Below are positions 1 to 8,741 of a DNA stretch of 64,000 nt, piece by piece. The first letter of the stretch is position 1. Every line of letters starts with the position of its first letter. A model generated the notes under the pieces. The model worked only from the letters and a program-made list of their open reading frames with translations. It was not told the origin of the DNA and did no database searches. Both the position numbers and the translations under genes were made by a program. The stretch covers positions 64,001 to 128,000 of the IMG/VR virus record IMGVR_UViG_3300036715_002161; one strand, written 5' to 3'. This DNA is from a virus.

Positions 1-618
1 GGTAGTATCATTAATGGATAGGTCATCGTTGAAGGGAGTATCAAACAACATGGTGTAATAATAGTGAAGACCTTTTAAGTTTTTGGAAAATACTCTAGGA
101 GTAGTATTGCCTCCGTAGCACATATGACCATCATTATATATATTAGAAAATGGGAGTATCCAAATATGTTTTAGATGATCTTTTTCTGTAGGTACTTGTT
201 CTAGCAGCTCTACTGACTCGGCTCCAAGATCAGTACAAAAATATCTGATATCCTTTAGGTAATATGAGTTATCTGGTTTAATATCTAAGGTAAAGGATAA
301 TATAATGTTTGGAGCCGCAACTTTATAAATGGTCTCGGGGTCGTAGCTCTTTTTGTATTTAAGGTCTTGTTTTTTTGCAGGGAAGTAGGTACTTAATTTT
401 ATACCTTGAGTTGTCCTGGAAAATCGTATACAGTTTGGTGGTAGACTAAAAGCTTCTTCAGAATTTGGTTGAGCTACTTCCTTAGATACTGTTTTTAAAA
501 AGTCATTAATAGAAATTATCTTGCTACTGGTACTGAGACTATTACCGGTGTCCACTTCGACACAATCTGTATACATTTTTATATTTATATATGGCTCGCT
601 AATATTTTCTTCAGTCAT
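1..618 (-). CDS. Prokaryotic E2 family D protein (PRTRC protein B-like), 3' end runs off the window
   Basis: Not in the ORF track. Hand translation from ATG 618 (ATGA overlap with the upstream stop) is open to base 1: MTEENISEPY...LPPNCIRF...KVAAPNIILSF...ILPFSNIYNDGHMCYGGN...LFDTPFNDDL. The P-x-x-N-x-Y-x-D-G-x-x-C-x-G and FNxDL motifs are typical of Prok-E2_D. Confidence 0.8.
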   Translation of the reverse strand, partial: MTEENISEPYINIKMYTDCVEVDTGNSLSTSSKIISINDFLKTVSKEVAQPNSEEAFSLPPNCIRFSRTTQGIKLSTYFPAKKQDLKYKKSYDPETIYKVAAPNIILSFTLDIKPDNSYYLKDIRYFCTDLGAESVELLEQVPTEKDHLKHIWILPFSNIYNDGHMCYGGNTTPRVFSKNLKGLHYYYTMLFDTPFNDDLSINDTT

Positions 619-839
619 ACAAAATCCCCTTCTATGAAGATGTTAACCATTTTTAGGCGGTTATTAATAACGCCTAGATTACTTCTACCTATTGTAAAAT
701 CCCCAATTTCAAAGTCTATTAGTTGATTTAGTATTTCAAGGGAGGTTATCGTTTGTGATAAGTTTTCCATCAAGGCCAGACCTTTAGAGTATAGATCTTC
801 TGAATCAACAAATCCCTTCTTTAGGTTACCTATATTCAT
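615..839 (-). CDS. hypothetical protein (Ubl operon)
   Basis: 74-aa ORF, translationally coupled to both neighbours. Confidence 0.6.
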   Translation of the reverse strand: MNIGNLKKGFVDSEDLYSKGLALMENLSQTITSLEILNQLIDFEIGDFTIGRSNLGVINNRLKMVNIFIEGDFV

Positions 840-1456
840 TGTGTATCTACCGGGTTATAACGCATTCTAATTCTTAGGATATTTTGCATAGCTTTTATAA
901 CCTCTGGAAAATACCACACATATCTATATGGGGTGAATGAACGGTTAGGGTTTAATGGTTTCATCAGTACTGATATACTCTGAGTATTAACATACTCGGC
1001 ATTTACAATACTTGCTGTTAGCGTTATCCCCAAAGTAGTAGATGCTTTTACCAACTTAGCAAGATACCTAACCATAGTCTCAGATCCTTTGGGCGACATT
1101 CTACCTAAAAACTGTATCTTTAGTGGTACTCCCCGATTAATATTAGGAGGAGAAATAATTACATTAGGCCTATGTGGGAAAGGTATATAAGTAAAAGCCC
1201 CTTGGTACGACTTTAAGGCCTGTGACCCAGCTATTTTAAGTAGGGAATAAAATGGATCACTCCACCCCGATAATGTATACCTTTGGTCTGCCGAGAACCC
1301 ATAGAAGGATTTAAAGTTTCTAGTCACAGCCTTTAATTCCAGTAGTCTACTAAAGGTAAATTTAACAAGAGACTCCGATATAAGTGCTGATTGTAATCTA
1401 CTTGAAAGGACATCTACTGCCCGTTTTCTTTTAAGTGGTATTGTTTCGTATATCAA
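836..1456 (-). CDS. hypothetical protein (Ubl operon)
   Basis: 206-aa ORF with TTG start, lying between Ubl and E2; no recognisable motif. Confidence 0.6.
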   Translation of the reverse strand: MIYETIPLKRKRAVDVLSSRLQSALISESLVKFTFSRLLELKAVTRNFKSFYGFSADQRYTLSGWSDPFYSLLKIAGSQALKSYQGAFTYIPFPHRPNVIISPPNINRGVPLKIQFLGRMSPKGSETMVRYLAKLVKASTTLGITLTASIVNAEYVNTQSISVLMKPLNPNRSFTPYRYVWYFPEVIKAMQNILRIRMRYNPVDTQ

Positions 1457-1476
1457 TTCTTAACCCCTGGAAAACT

Positions 1477-1509
1477 AAAAAAAACATTGACCTGGCCAGA
1501 GGTCAATGT
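1477..1509 (-). terminator. intrinsic terminator after the Ubl gene
   Basis: ACATTGACCT-N6-AGGTCAATGT stem followed by a T8 run on the minus strand. Confidence 0.75.
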
Positions 1510-1531
1510 CCTTAAACTAAAAAAGTTTTTT

Positions 1532-1729
1532 TTAGCCTTTGGTACCCGTTTTTGCGCGGAAGGTGAATTCCACATTACCATCGGAGTCAGTCTCTTGACT
1601 TGCATCCATAGAGGCCATGCCGGGCACACCACCCTTCAGGTTGCGGACGATGTCGTCTACAGTATAGTGATCACCTGGAAGAGAATATGATTCGCCGGTC
1701 GTTGCAATGTTTACGGTAGTTGTTGCCAT
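1532..1729 (-). CDS. prokaryotic ubiquitin-like protein (Prok_Ub / PRTRC protein C-like)
   Basis: 65 aa, beta-grasp-sized; C-terminus VEFTFRAKTGTKG ends in the GTKG signature of PRTRC protein C. Confidence 0.8.
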   Translation of the reverse strand: MATTTVNIATTGESYSLPGDHYTVDDIVRNLKGGVPGMASMDASQETDSDGNVEFTFRAKTGTKG

Positions 1730-1793
1730 GTTTTTAATTTCCTATAGGGTTAAGTAAAAAAGAAGAAAGACTAAATATCTTTCCTCTAAATTG

Positions 1794-1822
1794 CTTATAC
1801 CATGAAATTCAAAAATATCTAA
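1794..1822 (-). promoter_or_regulatory. phage class-A (early/middle) promoter driving the Ubl operon
   Basis: TTAGAT-17 nt-TATAAG with TGG before the -10; motif found 7 times in the window. Confidence 0.75.
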
Positions 1823-1836
1823 TTCAAAAGGCCTAT

Positions 1837-1845
1837 GTTAAAATA
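1837..1845 (+). promoter_or_regulatory. late promoter motif GTTAAAATA (terminase)
   Basis: 4 nt upstream of ATG 1850; recurs before other late genes. Confidence 0.65.
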
Positions 1846-1849
1846 CGGC

Positions 1850-3460
1850 ATGACACAAAAGAAAGTGAAGTTAACTACTTCGCAGCTGGGCAGGGCAATA
1901 TTGTCCTTTAAGGGGAAACCCTTTTCCCTGGACGGCTATAAACCATTTACTGAAATATATGACTTTGACCCACCTCTGATGACGGTCAAGTGTTCCAGAC
2001 AGGTTGGTAAGACTCTATCCATTGGGGCCATCAAAGCCCTTAAGTGTATATCAAGGCCTTATTTCACCTCTCTGTATATTGCCCCATTGTCAGTCCAGGC
2101 CTCACGGTTTTCAACTACTTACCTAGACCCTTTCCTGAATTCCCCTCTGGTCAAGAAATACTATAGGGATACCAGTTCGAAGAAAAATGTCTTTGAAAAG
2201 ACATTGAATAATGGTTCTATAATGTTCTTGTCTTATGCCGAGTCCGAGGTAGACGCCGACCGAGTTCGAGGGGTGGCCGGAGATGCCCTTTCCGTAGATG
2301 AAGTTCAAGACGTCCAAGCCGAAGCCTTGCCTATCCTATATGAATCTTTGTCGGCCTCAGACTATGCCCTTAAGAGGCACTATGGTACTCCTAAGTCAGA
2401 ACAGAATACCTTAGAGGTACTGTTCAAAAAGGGGTCGGGTAGTGAGTGGTGTGTTAAATGTAATCATTGTAATCACTGGAACATTCCCTGGGACCATGAC
2501 AATTGTGTAGCCATCTGTAGTGGACTAGTAGGACCTATTTGTATTAAATGCTCTAACCTATTAGACGTAACCTCCGGAGGATGGATCTCGGCCAGACCAG
2601 ACCAAAACAAAGTACATGTGTCTATGCATATACCAAGGTTTATGCTGGAGTCTAGGGCCAACCCTAAAAAGTGGGGGGAACTACAACATGCCATAACAGA
2701 GTATTCTACCAGCAAGCTAGACAATGAAGTCTTTGGTATTGCCAGTGGCAGTGCTGGCCGTATTCTTTCTCAGAAAGAGGCGATGGAGTGCTGTAACCCA
2801 GAAGTCTCTGAATTTGATACTTGCTGGGCGATGGACTCTCGTGGTATAGTTGCAATTGCAGTAGGGGTAGACTGGTCTTTGGTAGGTAGTAAAGTTAGCC
2901 ATACGACAATTACTGTTGCCGGGTTTGATAGTACCGGTAAGCTGTACGTAATGTATGCCAAAAGAATAGATGAAAAAGATGTACAGAAACAGGTCCGGGA
3001 AGTAATTGACATTTATCGTAGATTTAACGCCCAGATTATTTGTAGCGACCGTGGAGTAGGTGTTATGCAGGGGCAATTAATTTCTCAGATTATAGGTTCT
3101 GACAAAGCTTATATGATACAATTAGGGGCAGCCAAAGTTCCATTGACCCTGGACCGTGCTGGCGGTTATATGTTCGCCGACAGGACAATGGCTATGGACT
3201 CCGTTATATTTAAGGCCAAGTTAGGCCGTTCTAAGTTGGAGACTCCAAGCTGGAATCTGATGTCTTCACCTTTTTGGTCAGATTGGCTTAATTGTTATGA
3301 TGAAGAAACCAGGTCAGGAAGAAAAGTTTATAGAAAGAATGACGGAACGACCGACGACCTGTTAATGTCAACGGCCTTCGCCAATATTGGATTTCAGATA
3401 ATGCAGGGCGACTTCACTTATCTGGATCAGCAAGACCCACATCAACTAGGAGATTTTTAA
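1850..3460 (+). CDS. terL: terminase large subunit (gpA-like)
   Basis: Walker A SRQVGKT, Walker B LSVDEVQD, GTP coupling motif, CxxC..CxxC zinc ribbon, nuclease GVDW and DDLL motifs. Start moved from 1835 to 1850 because of the promoter motif. Confidence 0.9.
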   Translation: MTQKKVKLTTSQLGRAILSFKGKPFSLDGYKPFTEIYDFDPPLMTVKCSRQVGKTLSIGAIKALKCISRPYFTSLYIAPLSVQASRFSTTYLDPFLNSPLVKKYYRDTSSKKNVFEKTLNNGSIMFLSYAESEVDADRVRGVAGDALSVDEVQDVQAEALPILYESLSASDYALKRHYGTPKSEQNTLEVLFKKGSGSEWCVKCNHCNHWNIPWDHDNCVAICSGLVGPICIKCSNLLDVTSGGWISARPDQNKVHVSMHIPRFMLESRANPKKWGELQHAITEYSTSKLDNEVFGIASGSAGRILSQKEAMECCNPEVSEFDTCWAMDSRGIVAIAVGVDWSLVGSKVSHTTITVAGFDSTGKLYVMYAKRIDEKDVQKQVREVIDIYRRFNAQIICSDRGVGVMQGQLISQIIGSDKAYMIQLGAAKVPLTLDRAGGYMFADRTMAMDSVIFKAKLGRSKLETPSWNLMSSPFWSDWLNCYDEETRSGRKVYRKNDGTTDDLLMSTAFANIGFQIMQGDFTYLDQQDPHQLGDF

Positions 3461-3879
3461 TGAGTAAAGAAGTAAAAGAAGAAGTAAAAGAGAACACCAA
3501 GTACAAAGAAGAAGATCTATTGGCTATCTTTGATACCCTTATGTTTGAAGGTAAGTATACTGAAGATGTAATGATTAAGGGCAAGCTTAAGGTGACGTTT
3601 AGGTCAATGTCTGCCAAAGATGTATCAGAGACTTCTGCCCTTCTGGACTCCAAGAACTATATCTTATATGAAACCATGCAGCAACAAAGAGCGTTACTCA
3701 ACCTGAGCCGCTGCCTTGACTTTTATAATCAAAAAGACTTGTCCACAATGACTTCTGATAATAAAATGGCATTCATTGAAGGCCTCCCTGCTGCAATGGT
3801 GGCTGCCTTGTCAGACTCTCTTGGGGAGTTCTCTGTCAAAGTTATGAAAGCCTGCGAGGTAGGTGAGAAAAATTTTTAA
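3460..3879 (+). CDS. tail assembly chaperone (gpG-like)
   Basis: 139 aa, upstream of tape measure, ends in a slippery heptamer. Confidence 0.7.
   Translation: MSKEVKEEVKENTKYKEEDLLAIFDTLMFEGKYTEDVMIKGKLKVTFRSMSAKDVSETSALLDSKNYILYETMQQQRALLNLSRCLDFYNQKDLSTMTSDNKMAFIEGLPAAMVAALSDSLGEFSVKVMKACEVGEKNF
3870..3876 (+). other. -1 programmed ribosomal frameshift site A AAT TTT
   Basis: X XXY YYZ heptamer immediately before TAA; the -1 frame is open to 4241. Confidence 0.75.
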
Positions 3880-4241
3880 AACAGTCGTGGGCCATTAGCC
3901 GACTTAAATTATATACCTCTGGAATAAAACCTCCACCTCTTGGAAGCCCCCAAGATATAGTCCTTAGAAAGTTTGATCTTATACAGGAAGAGAAGCAGGT
4001 TATATTAAATAAGATAATGACTCAACACATTATTAGTCAAAGTAGGGGGGATTCTTTTGTCTCCTCTATTAAGAAGCTGTGGAGTCATTATGTTAGTTTG
4101 GCCTATGGTATAGAAGACAAGTCAGTAGATGAGGAAGTGGCTATGCGTCATGAATATGATTTCTTCAAACATCTACGTCCAGTAATGTCTAAGACCGCAG
4201 AAGGTATAACGGTAGTCAAAGGTCTGCTAGGGTTAAAATAA
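3876..4241 (+). CDS. frameshifted C-terminal extension of tail chaperone (gpGT-like)
   Basis: -1 frame LKQSWAISRLKLY... is continuous with the track ORF 4017..4241. Confidence 0.7.
   Translation, partial: LKQSWAISRLKLYTSGIKPPPLGSPQDIVLRKFDLIQEEKQVILNKIMTQHIISQSRGDSFVSSIKKLWSHYVSLAYGIEDKSVDEEVAMRHEYDFFKHLRPVMSKTAEGITVVKGLLGLK
4232..4240 (+). promoter_or_regulatory. late promoter motif GTTAAAATA
   Basis: 4 nt before ATG 4245. Confidence 0.6.
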
Positions 4242-4244
4242 AGT

Positions 4245-7136
4245 ATGGCTGACATCTTTAAAACCCAGGCAGATACTAGGTTTAACTCTTTTACTGATCC
4301 CCTTAACCCGGTCAATACAAACTCTGGGTCATGGGGTATTAATTCAGCCTATCTGACTCCGAGTTATACTGCCCAGTATAGACCCGGCTATCAAGGACCC
4401 TACGGAACCCAGTATGGTAACTCGGGTAATCCTGGGTTTTTCCATTCCTTAAATGCCACCTTAAATCCTTTTAGTGCTGCCCCTGGCCCTGGTGGAAACG
4501 TATACAATCAAACTTCTGGCTATTATAGCTCACTAGGACAAACACCGATGGCGGGTGCAGCCTCCTTGGCTCAGAACTATGTCTTACCTATGACGGCCAG
4601 CTACTATGCCTTCAAATACCTTAATCGTCCCAGTCATGCCATAGGTAGGGCGGCCCTGGGTGGATTTTCCAGAGGTGTTATGTCAGGTCTAGGGGCTAAT
4701 GCTGGTATGGCCGCCGGAGCTGGAGAAATGATGGGGGCAGTAGGTGGCTTCGCGGCAGAATTTGCGCTTCCCGGTATGGTGGCTCAGGCTGCCTTGGCCC
4801 CGGCAAATGCCATGATCTTTAACCCAATGGTAAACAACTTTCAGACCGCTGACATGTTAAGACGTAATACGGCGGGTATTACTTTTGGTGGTGGATATGG
4901 TAATGATGTAACTGGTGGTGGTTTGAGTCGTAGATCAGCCTCTAGGATGTCCACTCAGATGAGTCAAATAGGTGCCCGTGATCAAACCTTCAGTATGGAT
5001 GAAGTTACTGACATTGCCGATAATTCTATGAGGGCCGGGCTATACGATAACGTCAAGGCCAAGGACTTGGTCGGTAAGACAAAACAGATTGTAACCCAGA
5101 TTAAGACCATTATGCAGTTTGCCAATACCTCTGATTATAAAGAGGCTATTGAGCTTATGGCGACCATTCAAAGGTCAGGTGTAGGGGTAGGTACTGCCAT
5201 GAGCCAGTTTACTACCACAATGGGTGGGTATGCGGCCACTGCTGGTGTCTCTACTCAGAGAATGATGAATACCGTAGGTATGCAGGGTCAATATATGTTC
5301 GGGGCAAATGGATTAAATCCAGCCCTGGGGCAGTTGGCGGCAGGTAAGTCTTATGCCTCCTTTATGGCAGCTAACCGTCAGGGTTTAATTTCTCAAAGCT
5401 TGCTGGCCACAATGGGTGGAGCCGAAGGGGCAGCCCAATCCTCTATTACAGGCCAATTAAATGCCTATCAGAGTCCATATGCCAACATTATTGGGTATAA
5501 CGCCTTATATAATGGCGGAGCCGGGAAATCAGTCATAGACAACGTTACAAAATTCGGAGGGGCTGCTGCTCGTGACCCTATTGGAGTACGGGGTAAAATG
5601 CTTCTTCACCAAAATGATATTACTGGTTCCATGACCAAGGCTGGGCCTATGGGTGTGGAAAGGATGATCGAAGACTATGTTGATAATAATCACGGATTGT
5701 CCAGGGATAAAAATGGGAAAATTTCTCCAGAAGTAGCTATGGTGGCCTTGGTAGACGGTCTTGGTATGAGCCCAGAGAACGCTAAGGCCGTTATGATAGA
5801 TCGTATGAACCAGGAAGACCCGGAGGTTCTTAAGGCCCGGATGGCTGCCCTTACTAAGAATGGTGCTGACCAAACCATGTCTTATATGAAAAATCAGAAT
5901 ATTAACTATGGCCCACTTAATGGAGCTGTTCAAGGTATAAGCGGGGCTTGGAGAGGAGCTAAGGCGGCTGGAGCCAGGGGAGTAGGGCGAACTGTTGGAG
6001 CCCTGTCTGCAATTATTGGAGACGACACAGAAAAAGCTTTGTCGGGAGCTCAATACGGCGACCTAAAAGGTCAGGTGTATGACCCCAGTAGAAAAGTTGA
6101 AGGCAAGGTTAAAAGACTTAAAAATATAGAATCCTTTGATCGACTAGACCCAACGAATGAGATAAATAAGCTGGCTGATGCGGGGGATGAGGATGCTCAG
6201 ACTTATATAGACAATTCTGGCCCAGCTGGTAATAAAAGCCTACAGAAAGAAGCCTTTCGCAGAATGTCTACTATGGGAAAAATTTCTGCTGATGAAGAAT
6301 TCTATCATAACGCTGCCTCTATAAATATGGAGGGCGGTACTACAACGGCTACCCCAGCTGGCTCCAAGAATGACCTATTAACCTCTAGATTAGGCGAAAT
6401 CAGGAAGATAGGAAAAGAAGGTATGATGAGGGGTATGGCAGAAGACTTAATGCTAGGTACTCTACGCACTGACCTAAAGGGGGCTAAATCTGCCAAAGAT
6501 GCCCAAGATATTGTGGATAGGTTTAATACGGTTAGTGGTAGGACTGGTAAGAATAAATTGGATATAGCCACGGCTAGAAGCTTGGCCGACTCGGATGCTA
6601 AAAACTTCGTTAATCAGGGATTATCTGAGGCTGGTCTTAGAATGACTGAACTTGGGTTTGATCCTAAAAACCCATATGCTTTCTTTAAAAGCGAGGCCGA
6701 TCAGTTAGAAAGTGGTAAGGGTAATCTATGGGATTCCATAAAAGATAAGGATGCCCGGGCCAGAATTATGGGGCTCAAAGGTACAGCACGTAGAGATGCC
6801 TTGGAAAAGGAAGTTTTTAATGGTATTAAAATCTATGACAAAATGTCCACTTACGAAGGAGGAGACGCAGACGATGCTTCCAATCTGAATGAGCAACGTA
6901 TGCAGACGGCCAGAGATATGAACCAGGCCTTGACCGAATATAAGAGTAAGGCCATAGACTTCAGTACTTATAAGAGAGAAATTTCTGAAATCTCCTTTGC
7001 CGGATCAGTATCTAAATTTGATAAGGCAGTAAATAATTGGGTGAGTAAAACAGAGGGAGGTAAGCTTCCAGGATTTGATAAAATAAACTTCGGCAAGGGT
7101 AAAGACCCAGCCGTCAGAACTTTAAAGGAACCATAA
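4245..7136 (+). CDS. tail tape measure protein
   Basis: 963 aa, Ala/Gly/Met-rich helical composition; follows the frameshifted chaperone. Confidence 0.7.
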   Translation: MADIFKTQADTRFNSFTDPLNPVNTNSGSWGINSAYLTPSYTAQYRPGYQGPYGTQYGNSGNPGFFHSLNATLNPFSAAPGPGGNVYNQTSGYYSSLGQTPMAGAASLAQNYVLPMTASYYAFKYLNRPSHAIGRAALGGFSRGVMSGLGANAGMAAGAGEMMGAVGGFAAEFALPGMVAQAALAPANAMIFNPMVNNFQTADMLRRNTAGITFGGGYGNDVTGGGLSRRSASRMSTQMSQIGARDQTFSMDEVTDIADNSMRAGLYDNVKAKDLVGKTKQIVTQIKTIMQFANTSDYKEAIELMATIQRSGVGVGTAMSQFTTTMGGYAATAGVSTQRMMNTVGMQGQYMFGANGLNPALGQLAAGKSYASFMAANRQGLISQSLLATMGGAEGAAQSSITGQLNAYQSPYANIIGYNALYNGGAGKSVIDNVTKFGGAAARDPIGVRGKMLLHQNDITGSMTKAGPMGVERMIEDYVDNNHGLSRDKNGKISPEVAMVALVDGLGMSPENAKAVMIDRMNQEDPEVLKARMAALTKNGADQTMSYMKNQNINYGPLNGAVQGISGAWRGAKAAGARGVGRTVGALSAIIGDDTEKALSGAQYGDLKGQVYDPSRKVEGKVKRLKNIESFDRLDPTNEINKLADAGDEDAQTYIDNSGPAGNKSLQKEAFRRMSTMGKISADEEFYHNAASINMEGGTTTATPAGSKNDLLTSRLGEIRKIGKEGMMRGMAEDLMLGTLRTDLKGAKSAKDAQDIVDRFNTVSGRTGKNKLDIATARSLADSDAKNFVNQGLSEAGLRMTELGFDPKNPYAFFKSEADQLESGKGNLWDSIKDKDARARIMGLKGTARRDALEKEVFNGIKIYDKMSTYEGGDADDASNLNEQRMQTARDMNQALTEYKSKAIDFSTYKREISEISFAGSVSKFDKAVNNWVSKTEGGKLPGFDKINFGKGKDPAVRTLKEP

Positions 7137-7137
7137 A

Positions 7138-7347
7138 ATGGCCAAGGCAGTTATTAATACCAAACTTTTGGCATTGACCCCAGCCCAAGTTTACTTACAA
7201 CAGGTAGGTGCTACTTTTGAGGCCATTAGATATAGCAATACCGACTTGTCGTATATACCCGCTCAATTTGGTGGATTGACGGGCCAAAACCTGGTTTCTA
7301 ATAGTGGGGTAGTATTAGAAGTAATTTCCTTTGATATAGAATCATGA
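7138..7347 (+). CDS. hypothetical virion protein
   Basis: 69-aa ORF coupled to its neighbours. Confidence 0.5.
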   Translation: MAKAVINTKLLALTPAQVYLQQVGATFEAIRYSNTDLSYIPAQFGGLTGQNLVSNSGVVLEVISFDIES

Positions 7348-8741
7348 CATTTCCTTTTACAAGTAGTCCTGTAGTACCATCTAGTCTGACTAGTTTTCTT
7401 ACACCCGATTCTCCACTTCAGGCTAGTAAGGTACCGGTTGCCTCCACCAATCTGAATAATTTCTTGACTAGTCAACCATATAACGATAGTAGTCCAGACA
7501 GAGATGGCGGAAATACCAGACTAGGAATTGTCCTACCCAGGTCAGCAAGTAACCGTATGAGTAACGGAGTAGTCCAGGCTACGACTAAGGATTATAACTC
7601 CAGGGGAGTAGTTGCGGCCATGAGACTTAAGGTCAATCCTAATCTTAAAAATAGACCTACAAGCCAAGGTGGGCTGGATTATTCTTCTGATATAGATTCT
7701 CTTACAAAAGAAGGGCTTACTTTCCAGAACTTTTTATTGACCGACATTCAGGTTACATATAGTGAAAAAGTTCAAATTATGACTACTTTTGGTGATAACG
7801 AAGTAGCCTACTATTTCGGTAGACAGCCGGTAGTATATAATTTGTCAGGTGTACTGGTAGATGCCATAAACTTTGAATGGTTTACCAAATTCGTAGCCTT
7901 ATACCAAAATACCCTCAGAGGTAGTCAGCTGGCCAAGAACTATGAATTATTGGAAATATTATTACCTAATATAAAACTTGTTGGCAGTATAATGTCTTTG
8001 TCAACAAATCAGAATGCGGCCAGGGATACAGATATAGGGTTTGTCCTTCAATTTTTAGCCAAGGGTTTTGTCCCTCAGCCTATGCCTGCTGGGACTGGAG
8101 CTGTTGGAATCGGCAAACCAATGCTTACCTTTGACACGAATAAGGTTCCCAATCTGAGTAATCAAGTATCTGTTTTATTTGGGGCCAATATCGGATCCGC
8201 AAGTAATGTACTTAGTACTACTACTGGATTAGGCAGTATACTGTCTAAAAACCCCTTTTCATCTATTACTAACCCTTTGACATCAGCCGCATCTATAATT
8301 GAGTCATCCTTTTCTCCTGTTTATGGTATCCTATCTGATATAACCAAACTTATAAACACTGGTGGTGGGGATATTGCCAGTATTATTAACTCATTTAGCA
8401 GCCCAGTTAATGCCATACTTAAATCTATTAATAATATCTCCAAGGAAGCCTTCGCCCTTGGGACGGCCATAGATAACCAGATAAAACAAATTGCTGACAT
8501 AGGATTAAAGGGCCGTAATAGTATTACTCAGACATTAATAGGTGTTAAGAATGCAGTTGGATCCATTACTCGTATTCCACATACAGCATCTCAAGCCTTC
8601 GCCTCTTTAGTTACTGGCGGTAGGGTTTCTTCTAAGGCGGCCATATTAGGAGGCGGATTCCGCTCAAGTCATACTGCCGACAAAATACCACTATTACACT
8701 CAGGATCCACTTATAAACCTTCCTCTGGGGCCTCTCTATGA
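7344..8741 (+). CDS. putative tail tube initiator / baseplate protein
   Basis: 465 aa; position after TMP; beta-rich EKVQIMTTFGD..YYFGRQP segment. Confidence 0.45.
   Translation: MTFPFTSSPVVPSSLTSFLTPDSPLQASKVPVASTNLNNFLTSQPYNDSSPDRDGGNTRLGIVLPRSASNRMSNGVVQATTKDYNSRGVVAAMRLKVNPNLKNRPTSQGGLDYSSDIDSLTKEGLTFQNFLLTDIQVTYSEKVQIMTTFGDNEVAYYFGRQPVVYNLSGVLVDAINFEWFTKFVALYQNTLRGSQLAKNYELLEILLPNIKLVGSIMSLSTNQNAARDTDIGFVLQFLAKGFVPQPMPAGTGAVGIGKPMLTFDTNKVPNLSNQVSVLFGANIGSASNVLSTTTGLGSILSKNPFSSITNPLTSAASIIESSFSPVYGILSDITKLINTGGGDIASIINSFSSPVNAILKSINNISKEAFALGTAIDNQIKQIADIGLKGRNSITQTLIGVKNAVGSITRIPHTASQAFASLVTGGRVSSKAAILGGGFRSSHTADKIPLLHSGSTYKPSSGASL

Noticed and set aside
1487-1690. Plus-strand 67-aa ORF, and the many other short antisense or nested ORFs in the track
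   Set aside because: Shadows of motif-bearing genes on the opposite strand or frame; no RBS or recognisable motifs
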